Shown piece after piece: positions 57,079 to 64,000 of a DNA stretch of 64,000 nt (positions are counted from its first letter, which is position 1; every line of letters begins with the position of its first letter). The DNA is taken from assembly GCA_963785725.1 (NCBI GenBank), contig CAWAWS010000005.1, positions 64,001 to 128,000 of the forward strand, in the 5' to 3' direction. The notes below the pieces were generated by a model. The model saw nothing but the letters and a program-made list of their open reading frames with translations, was not told the DNA's origin and made no database searches. Source of the DNA: an uncultured delta proteobacterium. GTDB lineage: Bacteria > Myxococcota_A > Polyangia > Palsa-1104. Made by a program: the position numbers and the translations under genes.

Positions 57079-57355
57079 TTCGACGACGACCCGCATGTCT
57101 GACCCGCGGCGGCTTTGGCGACGGTCCGCGCAACTCCAGTAGCGTCTCTTTCGGCGGCCTCGCGAGCGTCTGCACGCGGCACGAAGCGGGAGGCCGCTTG
57201 GACGAGGCAACGTTGGAGTGCGCCGGTCAACAGCCCGCCGACGAGATCGAGCGCTCGCCGGCGACAGTTGACGCGAATCGACGACCGCGCGACCGATCAA
57301 ATAGCGACGATTAACGGTGCCGCGTTCACCACTGCCAATCACACTGTCAGAGCCC

Positions 57356-57562
57356 ATGATGAAGCTCGCACTCCTTGTCACTTTCGTCTCCACCACCGTC
57401 GGTTGCGCCACCGTCAAACCTTGGCAGCGCGAGAGCCTGGCGCAGCCGGGCATGAGCCTCGACGCCACGCCCAGCGCCGCCGCCGAGCAGCACATGCTCG
57501 AGTCGCGCGAGGCGTCCGTCGGCGGCTTCGGCGGCGCCGGCGGCGGTTGCGGCTGTAACTGA
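57356..57562 (+). CDS. DUF4266-family small lipoprotein (copy 3)
   Basis: TVGC-ATVKPWQRESLA.P.M...H...SREAS.GG.GGAGGGCGCN. Confidence 0.9.
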   Translation: MMKLALLVTFVSTTVGCATVKPWQRESLAQPGMSLDATPSAAAEQHMLESREASVGGFGGAGGGCGCN

Positions 57563-57563
57563 G

Positions 57564-57745
57564 AACCCCAGGCTTCGCCTCGATTGAGCAGGCGAGGGCG
57601 AGGCGTGTGAGTCGGATCGTGGATGCGACCACAGCGACCGACCGAGGAATACTGTCCGTATTTCGACCGAGGGAGCGCGGACGTAGTCCGCGAGGCGGCC
57701 GCACGCATCGTCCGTAGCGGATCGATCGAGGCGAACCCTGGGGTT
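57564..57745. mobile_element. MITE-like/structured intergenic element with 24-bp terminal inverted repeats
   Basis: Left end AACCCCAGGCTTCGCCTCGATTGA vs reverse complement of right end AACCCCAGGGTTCGCCTCGATCGA (22/24); internal hairpins; flanked by AG on both sides. Confidence 0.65.
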
Positions 57746-58976
57746 AGAAGCGCCCGGTGGCCGACAGCGCCAGCACGAGCGCGCTGGCGAAGCCGCGGGT
57801 GCGCGCGGCGTTGGGCGGCTCGGGCGAGAGCGCGAAGATCTTGACGTAGTCGGCGCCGAGGCTCCATTCGACCTCGGTGAACATGCGCCAACGCCGCTTG
57901 TCCGGCGAAAAGCGGCTGTCGTGGACGAAGCGCGCGCCGAGGAGCAGGTCGGCGATCGGCGCCAGCTCCTGGTCGGCCGTGAAATAGCGGCCCACCGGCC
58001 CGGCGCGCTCGTAGGAGTCGGCCCAGCCGACGTCGCGGTAGAAGCTGGCGCTCGACTGCACGTAGCCGCGAGCGCGCGCCACGTAGCGCCACGCGGGCGC
58101 GCTCAGCTTGAGCGGCTGCTCCCAGCTGACCTCGCCGGTGATCGCTTGGACGCCCCAGGTGTCGCGATAGAGCCGCAGGTTGCCGCCGAGCGTCGCCCGG
58201 AGCGACGGCAAGGCGTAGCGGACGCGGGCGGTGACGGCGCCGCGGTCGCGCAGCCGCGGATGCGACTCTTGCGCCTGCATGAAGCCGTCGTCGAGACGCA
58301 CGCGGCGGTAAGGGCTCGACTGAAAGCCGTCCGCGTGCTGCCACGTGCCGCTGAGGCCGCCGAGCAGATGCGCCGTCAGCGACTGCACCACCCCGACTTC
58401 GAGGTCGTCGAGGTCGAGCCGCTCCTCGGTCAGCGCGGCCACGCCGGCGAAGCAGCCACGCGAGCTGTCGAGCGGCTGCCGCAGCGTCAGCGCCACGCCG
58501 GGCTGATTGAGGTCGCAGATGCTGTCGAAGCTGTGGCTGTAATCGACGGTGAGGATGGTGTTGTGCTGCGCGAGGTCGAGCGTGAGCCCGCCGCGGATGA
58601 GGTGCGAGCGATAGTCGCTCTCGGTGCCGTAGCCGTAGCCGGCGCGAAACGTCGCCGGCCCGGCGGTGGCCGCGGCGCCGCCGCCGATGACGTTGCGCAC
58701 CTCCGAGAAGCGGGTCGCGGCGCTGACGACGTCGGGCGAGCCGTACGTGCGCGGCGTGGCGCCGGTGACGATGTCGGCGCTCCAGTTGACGTCGAACAGG
58801 AGCCAAGGCTTCGCGTGGACCTTGCCGGACACGGACGGCGTGATGACCACCAGCGCATCCGACGACGCCGGCTGGACGAAGACGCGCAGATCGGCGTTGG
58901 CCTCGCCCCGCTCTTGCGCGGCCGCGGTCGCGACGACGAGCGTGACGAGCGCAGCGACGACGGCAGCGCGGATCAC
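57744..58976 (-). CDS. DUF3570-family putative outer-membrane beta-barrel (copy 3)
   Basis: ADIVTGAT/DVVSAAT, ESDYRS, GFQSSPYR, RLYRDTWGV, TADQELA. Confidence 0.8.
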   Translation of the reverse strand: MIRAAVVAALVTLVVATAAAQERGEANADLRVFVQPASSDALVVITPSVSGKVHAKPWLLFDVNWSADIVTGATPRTYGSPDVVSAATRFSEVRNVIGGGAAATAGPATFRAGYGYGTESDYRSHLIRGGLTLDLAQHNTILTVDYSHSFDSICDLNQPGVALTLRQPLDSSRGCFAGVAALTEERLDLDDLEVGVVQSLTAHLLGGLSGTWQHADGFQSSPYRRVRLDDGFMQAQESHPRLRDRGAVTARVRYALPSLRATLGGNLRLYRDTWGVQAITGEVSWEQPLKLSAPAWRYVARARGYVQSSASFYRDVGWADSYERAGPVGRYFTADQELAPIADLLLGARFVHDSRFSPDKRRWRMFTEVEWSLGADYVKIFALSPEPPNAARTRGFASALVLALSATGRF

Positions 58977-59398
58977 GGCGTCACCCAATCCTCGATGACG
59001 CTCGCCGCCGTCGCGCGATCGAGGACGACCGGCCCGGGCGGATGCAGGTTCGACTGACCTTCGGGCACCGTCAAGAGGCGACTCGCGAGCGGCTCATCGC
59101 AGCGCACGAGCTGCAGCGCGGACAGATAGTTCTCGCGCCAGCCGAGCGGCCAGGCGGCGAGCGGCGTGCCTGCCGCCGGCGCGGCCTCGGGTGGACGCAG
59201 CCGCAGGTAGCCGTGCCCGTCGTCGAAGGCGTGGCAGCCGCGCGTGCTGCAGCGGTTGGCCTCCAGATAACGCGGCCAGACTTCGCTGACGAAGATATCA
59301 GGGCTGGCCGCGCAGGCGCCCGCGTCCGGCACGGTCCCGGCATCGACCGTGCAGGCTGCGCCAGTCATGAGCGCCAACATCGCCAGACGTCGCCACAT
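58973..59398 (-). CDS. Lipoprotein with CX4CH putative heme-binding motif
   Basis: GAAC lipobox; F...VWP.YL..NRCSTRGCH; SRLL..P...H. Confidence 0.7.
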   Translation of the reverse strand: MWRRLAMLALMTGAACTVDAGTVPDAGACAASPDIFVSEVWPRYLEANRCSTRGCHAFDDGHGYLRLRPPEAAPAAGTPLAAWPLGWRENYLSALQLVRCDEPLASRLLTVPEGQSNLHPPGPVVLDRATAASVIEDWVTP

Positions 59399-59446
59399 CG
59401 TCGCAGCCGATCTATGCAGCCGCGCCGGCGTGTCTACAAAGCAGTC

Positions 59447-59950
59447 ATGAGCGAGCGGCGAGCCAGCGTGAGCGTCCGGCCTATTGAGCCGGCGGATCGA
59501 GCCTTTCGCGTGTCGACCAGCGGACGTGGTCACCCGAGCGATTGCACGCGGCGCCTCTTCAACCTGGCCGTGTGCGGCCTCGGCGCCGAGCTCTTGGCCT
59601 GTGGCAGCGCGACGACCGTGCTGACGCCCACCGCCGACCGGGTGACGCTGACCTACGCGCAGTTCCCGGCGCTCGCCCAGGCCGGCGGCAGCGCCGTCGT
59701 CGACGTCGCCGGCGGTTTCCCGCTGGTCGTCGTGCGCACCGGCGACGCCACCGCGGTGGCGCTGAGCGCCACCTGCACGCACGCCGGCTGCATCCTGCGC
59801 TACGAGCCGAGCGCGTCCGACCTTCACTGCGACTGCCACGGCGCCAACTTCAGCCTGGGCGGCGCCGTCTTGCACGGACCGGCGACCATCCCGCTGCCGC
59901 TGTATGCCGCCACGACCGGCGCCGACGCCATCACCGTCGACCTCGCCTGA
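59447..59950 (+). CDS. Tat-exported Rieske [2Fe-2S] lipoprotein
   Basis: TRRLF Tat motif, LLAC lipobox, CTHAGC and CDCHGA; start uncertain. Confidence 0.85.
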   Translation: MSERRASVSVRPIEPADRAFRVSTSGRGHPSDCTRRLFNLAVCGLGAELLACGSATTVLTPTADRVTLTYAQFPALAQAGGSAVVDVAGGFPLVVVRTGDATAVALSATCTHAGCILRYEPSASDLHCDCHGANFSLGGAVLHGPATIPLPLYAATTGADAITVDLA

Positions 59951-59966
59951 GCCGGCATCGACGCCG

Positions 59967-61199
59967 CTAGGACGCGTCTTGCAGCAGCTTGAGCAGCTCT
60001 TCGGGACTGACGAAGCGGTCGATCTTGTGCACCTGCTTGCCGTCGGCGCTGACCAGCACCAGCGTCGGTAGCGTCTCCGCGTTCCAGTGCGCTTTGGCCG
60101 CCGCCACCGCCGGATCGTCGTCGTTCGTGCAGTTGACCTTCACCAGCGTGAAGTGACCGAGCGCGCGCGCCACTTCGGTGCGGCTGAACGTCTTGAGCTC
60201 CAGCTCTTTGCACGGCAGACACCAGTCGGCATAGAAGTCGAGCAGCACCGGCTTGTGCAGCGCGCGCGCCAGCTTGAGCCCTTCGTCCTCGCCGTGCACC
60301 CAGGTCAGCACCGGCGCGCCCGCTTCCAGCTTGGGCGCCAAGATGCCGCCGATGACGCCGAACAGGCCGACCACCACGACGCCGACCGAGAGCGCCTTGC
60401 GCAGCTTGACCACCGTCGTGTCGTGAAACGACAGATGCACCGCGCCGAGCGCCAGGCCGGCCGCCGCCACCGCGCCGCAGCCGACGAGCCACAGCGTCGA
60501 CGGGCGGCCGATGGCGCGCAAGGGCGCGATCACGTTGCGCAGGAAGTACAGCGCGCCCACGAGCATGACGATGCCGAAGACGCTCTTGACCGCCTCCATC
60601 CACGCGCCCGACTTGGGCAGCGCGACGGCGAAAGCGGCGATGGCGAAGAAGAGCACGCCCATGCCGAGCGCGTAGGTGACGAGCAGCGAGCCGCCGAGCA
60701 GCACCGACTTCGTCGTCGCCACGAACGCCAAGATCGAGGCCAACACCGGGCCGGTGCAAGGCGCGGCGATGATGCCGCCGACGAGGCCCATCGCGAAGGC
60801 GCCGAAGAAGCCCTTGCCGCCGACCGAGGTCAGCTTCTGCTGCAGCTCCGACGGCAGGCTGAGCTCGAAGGCGCCGAACATCGACACCGCCATGATGACG
60901 AAGAGGGTCGCGATCGGCACCATGACCCACGGGTTGGCCATGAACGTGCCGAACGCCTTGCCGGCCAGCGCCGAGCCGACGCCGAGCGCCGCGTACATGA
61001 CGCCGATGCCGCCCACGTACAGCGACGCCAGCGCCATGGCGCGGCGGCGCGGCACGTCGTCGCCGCGCGCGCCGAAGAGCGACACCGTGATCGGGATGAG
61101 CGGATACACGCACGGCGTCAGCGACGTCAGAAAGCCGCCGACGAAGACGCTCGCGTAGGCCCACAGCCAGCCGTGCGCGAACAGCGCGCCGCCGTTCAC
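59967..61199 (-). CDS. DsbD/CcdA-family disulfide reductase with C-terminal thioredoxin domain
   Basis: SLTPCVYPLIP and AAPCTGP TM cysteines; DFYADWCLPCK; no N-terminal alpha domain. Confidence 0.9.
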   Translation of the reverse strand: MNGGALFAHGWLWAYASVFVGGFLTSLTPCVYPLIPITVSLFGARGDDVPRRRAMALASLYVGGIGVMYAALGVGSALAGKAFGTFMANPWVMVPIATLFVIMAVSMFGAFELSLPSELQQKLTSVGGKGFFGAFAMGLVGGIIAAPCTGPVLASILAFVATTKSVLLGGSLLVTYALGMGVLFFAIAAFAVALPKSGAWMEAVKSVFGIVMLVGALYFLRNVIAPLRAIGRPSTLWLVGCGAVAAAGLALGAVHLSFHDTTVVKLRKALSVGVVVVGLFGVIGGILAPKLEAGAPVLTWVHGEDEGLKLARALHKPVLLDFYADWCLPCKELELKTFSRTEVARALGHFTLVKVNCTNDDDPAVAAAKAHWNAETLPTLVLVSADGKQVHKIDRFVSPEELLKLLQDAS

Positions 61200-61690
61200 T
61201 GGTTCACCAGCGCCAACAGCTGCGCCTCGAGCTTGGACTCGTCGCCGGGCTCGAAGCCGCCGTTGATGGCGCGCACGACGCCGCGCTTGTCGATGACATA
61301 GGACGACGGCATCTTCGGCGGCTCCCAGCGACCGACGATCTTCTTGCCGCCGTCGTTGATGACGGTCAGGCGGATGCCCTTGGCGCGCAGGAAATCCTCG
61401 GCGTTCTTGCGATCGTCGTCGATGTTGACGGCGACGATCTCGACGCCCTTTTGCTTCAGGCGCGGCGCCAGCTGCGACAACAGCGGCAGCTCCTTCTTGC
61501 ACGGCTCGCACCACGAGGCCCAGAAGTCGAGCAGCACCACCTTGCCGCGCAGCGACGACAGCTTGAGCGGCTGCTGGGTCAGCGTCGCCGACTCGAAGTC
61601 GGGCGCGGCCTGGCCCGGCTTGACCTCCGCGAACGCCGACAGTGGGCCAAAGAGCGCGACTACGAGGGCGAGCCTGGAAACGAGCTGCAT
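61196..61690 (-). CDS. TlpA/ResA-family thioredoxin
   Basis: Signal peptide, APDF, GKVVLLDFWASWCEPC, MPSSYVID. Confidence 0.92.
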   Translation of the reverse strand: MQLVSRLALVVALFGPLSAFAEVKPGQAAPDFESATLTQQPLKLSSLRGKVVLLDFWASWCEPCKKELPLLSQLAPRLKQKGVEIVAVNIDDDRKNAEDFLRAKGIRLTVINDGGKKIVGRWEPPKMPSSYVIDKRGVVRAINGGFEPGDESKLEAQLLALVNQ

Positions 61691-61713
61691 GAATCCTCCT
61701 GCGCTGCGGCATT

Positions 61714-61729
61714 AGCAAGCCGGGCGCCA
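61714..61729 (-). promoter_or_regulatory. sigma54 promoter of the TlpA-DsbD genes
   Basis: TGGCGCC-CGGC-TTGCT. Confidence 0.75.
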
Positions 61730-61902
61730 CGTGAGCTGGGCGTCGTCGCCGCCGTTTTACGACCGCGCGCGACCGCCGATCTCGCTGGCAACGCTGCCGA
61801 TCGCGCGGCTTGCAAACTCGGACGCGCAGCGCTGGGTGCGCAGTCACCGGGGCGCCCTGCCGCGCTCGCGCGACGACGAGGCGGGCGGCAGCCGTCGCCA
61901 CG

Positions 61903-61939
61903 CTGTTCGCGCGCTGCGCAACTGTTCGAATCCTGCGCA
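61903..61939 (-). promoter_or_regulatory. Tandem recurrent enhancer-like motif (reverse orientation)
   Basis: Minus strand TGCGCAGGATTCGAACAG-T-TGCGCAGCGCGCGAACAG. Confidence 0.7.
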
Positions 61940-61949
61940 GCGACGAGAG

Positions 61950-62558
61950 CTACGGCGTGAGCGTCGTCAGCTGAAACGAGGTCGGCAGAGCAGCCAGCAC
62001 CGCGGGAACGAGCGCGCTGTTGTAGCCGTTGCCGAGGCGGATGCAGTCGTCGTCGCCGTCGACGACCGCCTGATCGAAGTCGACGCCGGCGAACCAAGCA
62101 GCGACGTCGATGGTGACGGCGAAATGGATGGTCTGACCGGCGGTGAGCTCGCGGCCGGACGACGCGCGCAGATCGGCCACCACGTCGTCGTCGTCGTCGC
62201 GATCGACGAGGTCGACGACCAGCGAACGGCCGCGCCACTCGCCGCTGACCTGGAGCGACTGGACGGAGAAGCGCAAGCGGCTGTAGACGCCTTGCGGCAG
62301 GCCATCCATCGTCAGCGGCGTCGCCGGCGTGAGCGCGTTCACGGCGACATCGGGCAGCATGTAGCCGGGCGCCGCCTGCACGTCGCCGAAGAGCGACAGA
62401 TCCTCGAGCACGAGCGCGGCGCTGTCGACGGTGAGCGGCCCCGACGGCAGCGGCTGCGTGGCGAACGCGACCGCGACCGACCCCGTGGACTGAGCCGGCG
62501 CCGACGCGCCACCGCCGCAGCCGGCGACCAGCAGCAGCAAAGTCCAGCACGACTTCAT
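61950..62558 (-). CDS. Lipoprotein (beta-sandwich-like)
   Basis: MKSCWTLLLLVAGC lipobox. Confidence 0.65.
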   Translation of the reverse strand: MKSCWTLLLLVAGCGGGASAPAQSTGSVAVAFATQPLPSGPLTVDSAALVLEDLSLFGDVQAAPGYMLPDVAVNALTPATPLTMDGLPQGVYSRLRFSVQSLQVSGEWRGRSLVVDLVDRDDDDDVVADLRASSGRELTAGQTIHFAVTIDVAAWFAGVDFDQAVVDGDDDCIRLGNGYNSALVPAVLAALPTSFQLTTLTP

Positions 62559-62571
62559 GGGGCACCCATGC

Positions 62572-62587
62572 AGCAACGGCAATGCCA
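62572..62587 (-). promoter_or_regulatory. sigma54 promoter
   Basis: TGGCATT-GCCG-TTGCT. Confidence 0.75.
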
Positions 62588-62626
62588 AACGGAAGACGGC
62601 GCCGCGCGCGCTAAGTTCTGGCCAAC

Positions 62627-62672
62627 TGCGCACGGATCGTACAGTTGTACAGCCGCTCGCCGATCGTAGAAT
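62627..62672 (+). promoter_or_regulatory. Recurrent motif abutting a sigma70-like promoter of the bEBP gene
   Basis: TGCGCACGGATCGTACAG (62627-62644), then TTGTAC-16bp-TAGAAT (62645-62672). Confidence 0.6.
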
Positions 62673-62680
62673 GCGGCGGA

Positions 62681-64000
<1,320 letters not shown>

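Noticed and set aside
57356..57562. DUF4266 peptides as RiPP precursors
   Set aside because: They carry lipoprotein signals, and no RiPP maturases are nearby.

Overview
GC-rich bacterial DNA, most likely Myxococcota (inferred from many Cys-lipoproteins, TPR plus C-terminal TM modules, a MYXO-CTERM-like tail, an FHA-sigma54 activator and many sigma54 promoters). I recognised no rRNA, tRNA, CRISPR array or intact transposase. (1) 1-16.5 kb is a stress/low-oxygen-type island: PRC-barrel protein, response regulators, Zn-ADH, a small eRF1-like protein, a USP, and a phosphoketolase translationally coupled to a complete N-ATPase operon (atpDCQRBEFAG) whose c-subunit has a Na+-type motif. (2) 17-28 kb holds secreted enzymes and lipoproteins. 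(3) 28-34.3 kb is a six-gene cluster (SRPBCC cyclase, KAS III, ThDP enzyme, OhrR, methyltransferase, P450) resembling the NzsIJH/CqsB carbazole core, preceded by a near-canonical OhrR operator. (4) 35-64 kb is a dispersed envelope redox system: three DUF4266/DUF3570 pairs, Rieske lipoproteins, CX4CH and CXXCH proteins, DsbD/TlpA and an Lgt paralog. Its sigma54 promoters share a recurrent 18-bp motif TGCGCA-N3-WTCGNACAG, which also abuts the promoter of the FHA-sigma54 activator at the window end. A 182-bp MITE-like element lies at 57.6 kb. Several frameshifts look like long-read consensus errors. Family assignments come from motif recognition only; no database searches were run.
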